Positions 25,681 through 35,200 of a stretch of 64,000 nt of DNA are shown in pieces. Origin of the DNA: an uncultured Ignavibacteriales bacterium (lineage in GTDB: Bacteria > Zixibacteria > MSB-5A5 > GN15 > FEB-12); contig CAZILL010000001.1 of the NCBI GenBank assembly GCA_964540105.1, forward strand, positions 315,649 to 379,648. The letters run 5' to 3'. The notes beneath the pieces were generated by a model, which worked only from the letters and a program-made list of their open reading frames with translations, was not told the origin of the DNA and did no database searches. The position numbers were made by a program, and so were the translations under genes. How positions within the stretch are numbered: position 1 is the first letter of the stretch; each line of letters begins with the position of its first letter.

Positions 25681-26778
25681 CTACTCGCCCTTGATCTCTT
25701 TGGGCGGACGTTCCACGAGTAGTTCCCCTTCCTTGAGCCCCTCCTTCACTTCGATGTTCACACCGTCGGAGAGACCGGTCACGACCACGCGTGGCGTGAC
25801 AACGCCCATACTGTCCTTAATCTCGACCGTGCTCGACGAATCGGTCATCTTCACCAGCCGCTCTGGAGCAATGAGAATGTCTTCCTTCTTATTGATCACG
25901 ACGTTGCCGTTCGCGCTGTAGCCGGCACGCAGATTCCCCTGCGAAATAGACGTGATCGACATCTCCACGTCGAACAAAGTGGAGCCCTCTTCCTTATGCG
26001 CCTTCGGAGATATCCTGGAGAGCTGAGCCGACACCTTGGTAGTCGGGAGAGCGCCGATCTCAATCTCGGCCGACATCCCTTCGCGGAGCTTGCCAACATC
26101 GATCTCGTCAACGGTCCCCTTGAACATGAGATCATCCATCGCCGCCAGAGTCATGAGTTCAGTTCCGGCCTGATACGAGGTCAGCGGCACGACCGGATCG
26201 CCGACTTGCACAAGCCGCGAGAGAACGGTTCCGGTGATCGTCGATTTGATCACATTGTCGACCTGGCGATTTGCGATTTGCGTGCGTCCGGTCTCGGTCA
26301 AGGCGAGCTTCTCGCGCGACAGCTTCAACCTCAGCTCCGCCTCGTCATATGCCGCTTGACGGGTGTCAAATTCCTGATTGGAGATAAGCCCTTTCTGGCT
26401 CAGGGTGGTGGCCCGATCGAATTCGCGCTTCAGATTGTCGAACGTGACCTGCGCCAATTCCACCTGGCGCTTGGCGTCGGCATATTCAATCGGAGTCGGG
26501 TCGGGCGCGATGTCGAACAAGGGATCACCGATCGTGACTTTGTCGCCGACATCAGCGTAGATCTTCTTGACCAGACCGCCTACTTTCGACTTCACGGAAA
26601 TCTCGTGACGCGGCTGGATTCGTCCGACCGCCAGCGCCTTGTCGATAATTGTTCCCTTCTTCACCGGAACGGTCTTGAGGATATCTTCCTTCTTAGCCGA
26701 ACCGTCCCCGACAAAGAAGAAGACAATGGCTCCGACCGCGATCAGAGGAATTGTGATATAGAGGACTTTCTTGAGCAT
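25681..26778 (-). CDS. Efflux periplasmic adaptor (MacA/HlyD family)
   Basis: It has an N-terminal TM helix, lipoyl-like halves, a coiled-coil hairpin and a beta-barrel. It is the first gene of the MacAB-like operon. Confidence 0.85.
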   Translation of the reverse strand: MLKKVLYITIPLIAVGAIVFFFVGDGSAKKEDILKTVPVKKGTIIDKALAVGRIQPRHEISVKSKVGGLVKKIYADVGDKVTIGDPLFDIAPDPTPIEYADAKRQVELAQVTFDNLKREFDRATTLSQKGLISNQEFDTRQAAYDEAELRLKLSREKLALTETGRTQIANRQVDNVIKSTITGTVLSRLVQVGDPVVPLTSYQAGTELMTLAAMDDLMFKGTVDEIDVGKLREGMSAEIEIGALPTTKVSAQLSRISPKAHKEEGSTLFDVEMSITSISQGNLRAGYSANGNVVINKKEDILIAPERLVKMTDSSSTVEIKDSMGVVTPRVVVTGLSDGVNIEVKEGLKEGELLVERPPKEIKGE

Positions 26779-26943
26779 GACGTGCGACTCCCGTGAGCTG
26801 GGGTTTTATTCACGATACCTACTTTGACTTCTACGATATCAGAGGGGATAAAGTTTCCCTACGGCGACAAGGTTGGACATATTATTCCCTTGCCATCCGA
26901 GCGGTGGCCGGAAAGTGACGCCCATGAGTACATGGGACAACGA

Positions 26944-26967
26944 AATAGTGTTGTCCCAATTTGCTGA
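26944..26967 (-). terminator. Stem-loop immediately after the pepF stop
   Basis: There is an 8-bp perfect stem, GGGACAAC/GTTGTCCC, with an 8-nt loop. No clear U-tract follows, so function as a terminator is uncertain. Confidence 0.3.
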
Positions 26968-26968
26968 C

Positions 26969-28783
26969 TCAGGTCTTTTGTGCCAGCCTCACGAACGTAT
27001 CGACCTGCGACAGCGAGCGATTTACGGCGTCGTTCCAGAACTCTTCTTTCGTCAGATCAACGCCGAGGTGTTTCAACGCGACGTCTTCAGTTGACATACG
27101 ACCGCTATCTTCCAATAGGGCACGGTAGCGGGAAGCAAACGACGATCCTTCTCTCTTAGCGCGATCGAACACGCCCCCGGCAAACAGGTAGCCGAAGGTA
27201 TAGGGGAAGTTGTAGAACGGCTGGTCGGTCATGAAGAAATGCAGCTTGGAGCACCAAAACAGGGGATGATAGCCGGATTCGTCGAGCAGGCTTCCGTAGG
27301 CCTTTCGCTGGGCCTCGATCATGAGTGCATTTAGTCGATCCTTGCCGACAATCCCGTTGCGGCGTTCTTCATAGAATGATTGATCAAACAGATACCGGCA
27401 GTGAATGTCAGTGAAGAAGACATATGCCTGCTGGAGGATCTGATCGACCAGCATTAGCTTCTGCTTCGGGTCAGACGTTTGCCCAAGCGCGGCATCGTTG
27501 ACGAGCGTCTCGCTGAAGATCGAGGCGGTCTCGGCCAAGGTCATCGGGTAGAACTTGGAAAAATAGGGAACCTCGCGCAGCGCATAGGTGTGGTAGGCGT
27601 GACCCAATTCATGCGCCAGCGTCAGCAGGTTCTCATAGGTACCCGCGTAGGTCATGAAAATACGGCTCTGCTTGAAAGTGGGCAGGTAGGTGCAGAACCC
27701 GCCGGCCGCTTTGCCAGAGCGATCCTCAGCCTCGATCCAGCGTTGGTCGATGGCCGTCTGATAGAAATCGGCCATGTGCGGCGAAAAGGTTCGGACATTG
27801 TCAATAATGAATGACGCCGCTTCGTCATAGGGATACTTCCTGTCGACGTGTCCGCAGGCGGCAAATTCGTCATACCAACGGAACTTATCGATCCCCAGAA
27901 GTTTCTTCTTGGCTTCGACGTAGGGAGCGAGGCGGCCGCTCTCACGACTGATGACATGCCACATGCAGTCAAGCGACGCCTGCGATAAACGGCAGTTCCG
28001 CAGTGGTTCATACAGGAACGAATCCCACCCGCGCCGTTGGTAGAGAGAGAGGCGAAATCCTGCCTGCGCGTTCAATGTCATCGCCGCCAGGTCAGCCCGG
28101 GAACTCCACGACGCGACGATCGTCTCAAAGGCTCGACGTCGTACGGAACGGTCCGGATTATCCATGAAAGTCGCCAGCTGTCCCATCGACATGCTCTTGG
28201 TTTCACCGTTCACTTCGAAGTCGGCGCGAAGATCGCCTGCCATCTTGTCGTAGAGACGATTCCAGGCGTGGTAACCGTTGACGGACAGCTCCAGCACCAG
28301 CGATTCTTGCTCAACCGGGAGTTTACGACGAGCGTGCTCGCGCAGTTCGTTCATGAAGAACATGACGCCGCTCAGTTCAGGTGTGGCCACAAAGGCACCC
28401 CATGATGCCTCGGGCTGTTTGAGAGAGATTGCCTCGAGTCGCGACTTGAGTTGCTCCCACTGCGAAACGAGAAGATCCCCTTCGCCCGTGATACTCTGAG
28501 CTTCGCTGTCATCCACATTCTGCGCGAGCAAGCAACCCGAAAACGAGCTGATAACATGAATCTGCTCAGCCACTGATTGCAGGCGCAGCACAAAGGACAC
28601 CCAGGCGTCACGTTTCGAATCGATCATATCGGGGAGATCAGCAAGGGTCTTGGCCAGGTCGGTAAGATCGGCCTTGGCTCTGGTGCGAAAAGCAAGGAAC
28701 TGCGGGGACTTGCTTCCGCCGGGAAAGAGCGCTTCCAGATCCCAGGCTGGGGCGGGCGGAACTTTGGTCGCGGTGGTCATCAT
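26969..28783 (-). CDS. pepF: M3-family oligoendopeptidase F
   Basis: It is 604 aa with the zinc motif HELGHAYH in an M3B-like context. Confidence 0.8.
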   Translation of the reverse strand: MMTTATKVPPAPAWDLEALFPGGSKSPQFLAFRTRAKADLTDLAKTLADLPDMIDSKRDAWVSFVLRLQSVAEQIHVISSFSGCLLAQNVDDSEAQSITGEGDLLVSQWEQLKSRLEAISLKQPEASWGAFVATPELSGVMFFMNELREHARRKLPVEQESLVLELSVNGYHAWNRLYDKMAGDLRADFEVNGETKSMSMGQLATFMDNPDRSVRRRAFETIVASWSSRADLAAMTLNAQAGFRLSLYQRRGWDSFLYEPLRNCRLSQASLDCMWHVISRESGRLAPYVEAKKKLLGIDKFRWYDEFAACGHVDRKYPYDEAASFIIDNVRTFSPHMADFYQTAIDQRWIEAEDRSGKAAGGFCTYLPTFKQSRIFMTYAGTYENLLTLAHELGHAYHTYALREVPYFSKFYPMTLAETASIFSETLVNDAALGQTSDPKQKLMLVDQILQQAYVFFTDIHCRYLFDQSFYEERRNGIVGKDRLNALMIEAQRKAYGSLLDESGYHPLFWCSKLHFFMTDQPFYNFPYTFGYLFAGGVFDRAKREGSSFASRYRALLEDSGRMSTEDVALKHLGVDLTKEEFWNDAVNRSLSQVDTFVRLAQKT

Positions 28784-28855
28784 AAACTCCTGAACGAAAT
28801 ACGGTACTACTTGGAACGAAAGATAGGGTCAGCTGACCCCAGAAACAAGAGCTTC

Positions 28856-29209
28856 ATGGGTATTTTGTCACTCGTTGATGTCAGCCGTACGCTATATATT
28901 TCGTGTAGTGCGATTATGATTGGGAATACTGGACAGGATGATGAACCGCTGGAGTATCATATTGACGGAACCCTCGACCTGCATCAGTTTTCGCCACATC
29001 AAACACGGGCGATTGTCACCGAGTACATCGCCGCTTGTCTGGAACGCAGACTGTTCACCCTGAGGATTATCCACGGCAAGGGGATCGGCGTTCAACGTGA
29101 GATTGTCCGGTCGCTCCTTGAAAAGCATCCCGATGTGATCTCGATTCGTCACGAAGAAGGAGCCGGCGGGTGGGGGGCGACAATCGTCGATTTGAAACGC
29201 CCCCGCTAA
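28856..29209 (+). CDS. Smr (small MutS-related) domain protein
   Basis: Smr motifs LDLHQ....A and RIIHGKGIG. The start is uncertain: ATG 28856 or ATG 28916. The longer ORF from 28577 runs antisense into pepF and was discarded. Confidence 0.65.
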   Translation: MGILSLVDVSRTLYISCSAIMIGNTGQDDEPLEYHIDGTLDLHQFSPHQTRAIVTEYIAACLERRLFTLRIIHGKGIGVQREIVRSLLEKHPDVISIRHEEGAGGWGATIVDLKRPR

Positions 29210-29220
29210 CGCCGGAAACA

Positions 29221-29255
29221 AAAAGCCCCGTATCTCGACGGGGCTTTTCGCTTTT
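29221..29255. terminator. Bidirectional rho-independent terminator
   Basis: The stem is GCCCCG (29225-29230) paired with CGGGGC (29239-29244). It is flanked by AAAA on the left and TTTTCGCTTTTC on the right. It lies between the convergent Smr gene and the giant gene. Confidence 0.6.
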
Positions 29256-29268
29256 CAGAGGGTGGTTG

Positions 29269-32200
29269 CTACTTGAGCAAGACCATCTTCTTGGTGGCGC
29301 TGAAACCACCTGACGTCAGTCGATACAGGTAGACACCTGAAGCGTGTCTACTGGCATCCCACTGAATCTTGTAATAGCCGGCGTCGGCTTTCTCGTTAGA
29401 CCAACTATTGACCTCTTGTCCGAGAACATTGTACACCACGAGGCGCCACGATCCCGCCGCGGGCAGGGCGAATTCGATCGTGGTCATCGGATTGAACGGA
29501 TTGGGATAGTTCTGCGACAGCGAATAGTGATCGGGCAGAGTCGAAACGGTCGTTTTCATAACCGCCCCGTCGAAACTTCCCAGCTCGACCGACTTCACCG
29601 ATTTGGCCCCATTCAGATACAGGACCGGCCCACTGCCAAGCGAACTCTTTCCCTTACTATTGTAGACGAGGACACGAGTCTCTTTGCCGTCATAATTGCT
29701 GAGCAATTCCATATCCGAGGCTTCTGGGTGAAGTTCGGGATGAACTTCCCCTTCAAGGATAATGAACATCGCGCCAATTCGCGTATTCGATTTGCTAACC
29801 TCGAGGATTCCGTCGCTGACATCAACCGTCGCCTCAAAGGTCACGCTCGGATCGAGTTTTGGAAGCGCGCTGGCGTCGCCGACGAGAACGCGAATCAGAT
29901 ACACCAGGTCGGCCACGCCGAGCGGCATTCCGTCGCCGTTGACATCAGAAGCGGCGATCGCGCCCTGCTGCTGCTGGGCGTTGCCAAAGGCGCTGAGACC
30001 ATGTATGAAGTAGTTCGTGAACATTACCACGTCGGCCACTTCGTACGCGATGCCATTGAGATTCAGATCACCGCGAGCGTCGATAGCCGTATCGCAGATG
30101 ATATCCACGCCGCCGTTGGTGAAGTCCACACAGCGCTGAGGACCGGGCTTTCCAAAGCCGGGGTTGGTCAGGCAGATATCCGGAATCCCCAGACTTCCGG
30201 GAAGACCGTACCCGTGGTTGGTGATATTGTTCAATTCGAAGTCAAAGACCTTGCGTTCCACCCAGAGAGTGTCGCCGTTCTTTGATGACAGCGAGTTGTC
30301 GTTGCACGTGGTCCAGTAGAACCAGACCGGCGCAAACAGGCAATTGAGATTGCGGTCGTTGGAGACCAGAAAATCGATCGTCGCCAGCGAACCGACCTGA
30401 CCGTCAAAGAAACAGCCCGGATGATAGGCGCCGTTGTTGGTTTCAGCTAAACCGACAATCCGAATCAGGCCGGCTGGGCATGTCGCGCAGTTGCCGTTGG
30501 GTCCAAAGCGATATGAGAAATATTCCCAACCGCAACCCTGGAACAATGAGCCCGGGTTGACAATACTCGGCGTGAGCGCCGATACATCGTAGGCGATCAG
30601 GAAATCAAAACCGCCCAACTTCTTGCCGGAACCGTTCAGGAAGATGTTCACCAGGTTGTGCTGACCCTGATACACTTTGTGGGTTTTCTCAATCTGAACG
30701 TGAATGCACTCGTCGACTACAACCTGAATGCAGACGGTATCGGTTTTGGTCAGGCCGCACATGTCTGTAGCCGTGATATAGAGGCAGTAGTGACCGGTGC
30801 TGTCAGCATTGAAACAGACCTGGTGGGTGATCGGATTGTAGGAACCGATCGGGGTGACGCCGTAGTTGCTCAGGTTCCCGTCGACGTCATGGATGTCCAC
30901 GTCGAAACAGAGCTGTCCGACCTGCTCCAGGTATGCCGTGAAGTCGGGTGGTCCAAGCACTACCGGCGCGCTATTGGAGGTAACTATAATGGCCGTTGTA
31001 TCGTACTTGACTGCCCCGCAGGCGTCGGTCGCTTTCACGACAAATGCGTATTGTGTAGTTTGGCCGCTGGTGAACGGCGCCTGATAGCAGATCTGGTGCG
31101 TCGTCGGATTGTAGGTCCCAAGAGGTGAAATCAGCTCGACAGTCGATAGGTTATTGTCGGGATCGCTCGCGCTTACATTCCAGCACAGGGTTGTACTGTT
31201 GCAAAGGAAGTAGGTAGTATCTTTACCCGCGCTGACGATTGGCGCTGAGTTGATCCGGAAATTAACCGTGAAGGAATCCTTACACACCGAACCGCATAGG
31301 TCGAGGCACTGGATGACGACCTTGCGAGTTTCAGTCACCGATGGGGTGTAGACCCAGAAACCATTTACGATCGAACCCGGACCGGTCACGATTTCGCAAT
31401 GATCGAAATTGTTGTTCGGGTCAGTCGCGCTGACCGCCATGCTGACCTGAGTGGGAACACACTGGAAAAAGGTCGTGTCGTTCGGAAGATTGCAGATCGG
31501 AGCGCTGTTCATGGTGACTATGATCTTGGCGGTGTCGACCGCAATCGCACCACATTGATCCTTCGCCTGCAAGACGAACGTAAAGGTTCCCGCTGAGCTG
31601 GGTGTAAAGCAGATTGTTGTCCCATTATAGGTTCCGGGGCCGACAATCAGCTTCGTGCTGTCGAGATTACCGTCCGGATCACTGCTTGAAACAGGCCAGC
31701 AGATCTGTGTGGGTGAGCACTGGAACAAAGTCTGGTCTGAACCGGCATTGACTACCGGTGGATGATTCATTGAAACCACAACCGCCAGCGTATCGTGGCC
31801 GGTGGCACCACAGGCATCGGTGGCGCCAATCGTAAACACGTAGGTGCCGGCGGTCGGCGGCGTGAAACAGACCTTGTTCTGTGCCGTGTCGACCGCCCCG
31901 ATTCCGGACAGGAGCGCTTCAAGCGTCACATTGTTCTGCAGATCGGTGACCGTGTACGGCAGACAAACCTGCTGACTACTGCAGACAAATACACTGTAGG
32001 GGTTGTACGCACTCGTGAAGAGAATAGCCGGCGCCGTATTCATCGCGACGTTGTACGTGATACTGGCCGTGTCAGCCGCACCGCACGAGTCCTGCACTTT
32101 GACGACCGCGGAGTAGAATCCAGCCGCAGAAGTCGTGAAGCACCAGAGACCGCCAACTGTTAGCGTTCCGTCGCCGGACAGTTTGGTCCAGACCAGGGAA

Positions 32201-35200
32201 CCGCCATTGGGGTCAGTCGCGAGGAACTGGTAGCAAACCTGACCGGCCACGCACAAGAAGGTGTCGCGTACGGCAGGGTTTGGATTAGTCGCTACCGGCG
32301 GCGCATTGAGGGTGACATCGACCGTCACGAAGCATGAGTCGCTGCCACACGAGGTCGTGGCCTTAATCTTGAGGACATAATGCCCCGCGGTGTCGGCTGG
32401 GAAGCAGAGGTCCCCTGACGCGTAGGTTCCGATCGGCGAGACCGTTACCGTTGATCCCTGTCCGACGACCCCGACCGGCACACAGATCGGTCCGGCTTGA
32501 CAGAGGAATTTTGACTGCGGCGCCGGACAGGTGAGCTGTGGAGCACCGCCGATGTTAACAGAAAATGTCAACTGGCAGGTATCAGCGCCGCAGGTTGTAC
32601 TGGCAATGACTGTAATCTGGTACGTACCGGTGGTGTCGGCCTGGAAACAGAGAGTGCCGCCGCTATACGTGCCGTACGAGAGGGTGAGGGTTGCGGAAGG
32701 CGGGGTGATAGTCAGCTGCTGACACACTTGCCCCGGACCGCAAAGTGAAGCCGCGATCGGTCCAGTAGGACAGGCAATATCGGCCAAATCGCCGAAGGTC
32801 ACCGTTACTTTCGCGGTATCGAGCCCAATCGCTCCACATGGATCAATCGTCTTGATGATGAATTGATACACGCCCGCCGCGGTAGGGGTGAAACAGACTT
32901 TGTTGGCGGCCGTGTCAATGGCGCCATAGCCGGACACCATATACTCACTGAGGCCACTGGAGCCATTCGGGTCAGTCGCACTATAAGTGAGACAAATCTC
33001 CTGGGGCAGGCACAAGGCAAGAGTCGTGTCGTTGCCGAACGCGATTGTGGGCGACGCGTTGAGCGTCACGGCGATCAGCGTTGTGTCGGACTTGGTAGCT
33101 CCACAGGCATCGGTAGCCGTCAGGATAAACTGATACGTTCCCGAGGCGGTCGGCGTGAAACAGATCGATGTCCCGTCATATGAGCCCGGTCCGGTAAGAG
33201 CGCAATCGATCAGATTGTTGTCGACGTCCTGGCACGACGCCGGCCAGCAGATCTGGGCAGCCGTACACTGGAACAACGTCTGGTCAGGTCCCGCACTGGC
33301 GGTCGGAGCCGAGTTCAACGTCACGACCACACTGCTCGTATCCTGATCAGTAGCTCCGCACGCGTCTTCGATCTTGATGATGAACGTATAGGTGCCACTG
33401 GCCGGAGGCGTGAAACAGACCCGTGAGGCCAGCGTATCAAGCGTGCCGCTTCCGGATACCAACGAAACCGTACGCCCCTGAGGGGCGTCAGGATCGGACG
33501 CCGCGTAATCAAGGCAAATCTGCGCGCTCGCACACAAGAAGACTGGAGCGTGCTGCGCAAAGGCAATGGTCGGAGGGCGGTTAATGTTGATCTGAACATT
33601 GAACGACGATTCGCAGAATGCGCCGCAAGAGTCTTCACACCGCAGTTGCACGGTCACCAGCTGGCTGGCGCTGGGTGTGTAGCACCAGTTTCCACCGCTC
33701 AGTGTCCCAGGACCGGCGATAATCTGGCATGATTTCAGATTGCCATCGGCATCAGTCGCGCTTGCCGGCAAGCATATTGCGGTCGGAACACATTGCCAGA
33801 TGGTCGTATCTCTCGGAACGGCGCAGACCGGCGCGCTATTCAAAGTCACGGTGATAACGGCCGTATCAAGCCCGATCGCTCCGCACGCATCGGTCGCCTC
33901 CATGATGAAGCTGAAGGTTCCCGAAACGGTCGGCGTGAAGCAGATTTGTCCTGCACTGTAGCTGCCAACTCCGGAAATGAGTGAACAGCCGGCCAGGTTG
34001 CCGTTGGCGTCTGTACATGAGACCGGCCAGCAGATTTGAGTCGGCACGCACTGAAACAGAGTCTGGTTAGGTCCCGCATGTGCCACAGGCGGTATGTTCA
34101 GCGTGTAGTAAATGACTACAGTGTCATAGTCGGTCAGCCCGCAGGCGTCGGTCGCTTTAAGCACGAATTCGTAGTTGAGAGTGCCCGTTGGTGTAAAGCA
34201 GATCTGCCCCGCACTGTACGTTCCCGGGCCGGTGACCAATTGCACCGAGGTCAGATTGCCGTCGATATCCGTCGCTCCCGCCGGCCAACAGATTGGCAGA
34301 GCGGAACATTGGAAGACTGTCTGATCGGGACCGGCATTCGCCACCGGCGCATTGTCCAGCTGCACCGTGACATTGATCGTATCCAGTTTAGTGGCCCCGC
34401 ACGCATCGGTGGCAGAAGCAATGAACTGGAGCGTGCCGGTGCCAGCAGGGGTGAAACAGAGTTGATTCGGGTTTGTGCTGACGGTTCCGATTCCGGCCAG
34501 AAGCGCGACGCCGGTGATGTTGTTGTTGGCGTCACTCAATGTAAATGGCAGACAAATCGGGCCGGAGGCGCACATAAAGACGGTTGTGTCGTTGCCGAGC
34601 GACAGCGACGGGGCTGTGTTCAGCGTAACATTATATGTTAGGGAGACTGTATCGGCCTTGCCGCATGAATCGCTTACCTTCGCTAACACGGCATACGCTC
34701 CCGCGGTCGAGGCAGTAAAGCACCAGAGACCGCTGCCGCTCACCGTCCCGCTTCCAGACAGGCGGGTCCACGTCAAGGTGCCGCCGTTCACATCAGTCGC
34801 CGAAAACTGCCGGCAGATCTGCGCTGCCCCGCAGATGAAGGTATCGACTGGTGTGGGCGGGTCAACAGCAACCGGCTTCGAATCGATAGTTACATCAACG
34901 ATGAGGTTGCACGAATCGGTTCCGCAGGGGGTGCTGGCCTTTACCTTCAGAACATAGTGTCCCGAGCTGTCAGCTGGGAAGCAGACATTGCCCGATGAAA
35001 ACGAACCGATCGGGGTGACCGTCCAGGTCGCGATCGGCGCTCCCCCGACGGGTATGCAGACCTGTCCGGTCTGACAGATGAACAGATTCTGCGATCCGGG
35101 GCAAACCAAGTCCGGGGGTTGGCTGATGGTCACAACGAAAGTCAACGTGCACGATGACGAACCACACGGAACACTCGCGTTGAGATGAATCACATATGTA

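Noticed and set aside
28577-28855. N-terminal extension of the Smr ORF
   Set aside because: This part runs antisense through the 5' end of pepF (which reaches 28783) and looks like Gly/Lys-rich noise. The Smr domain begins after the ATGs at 28856 and 28916.
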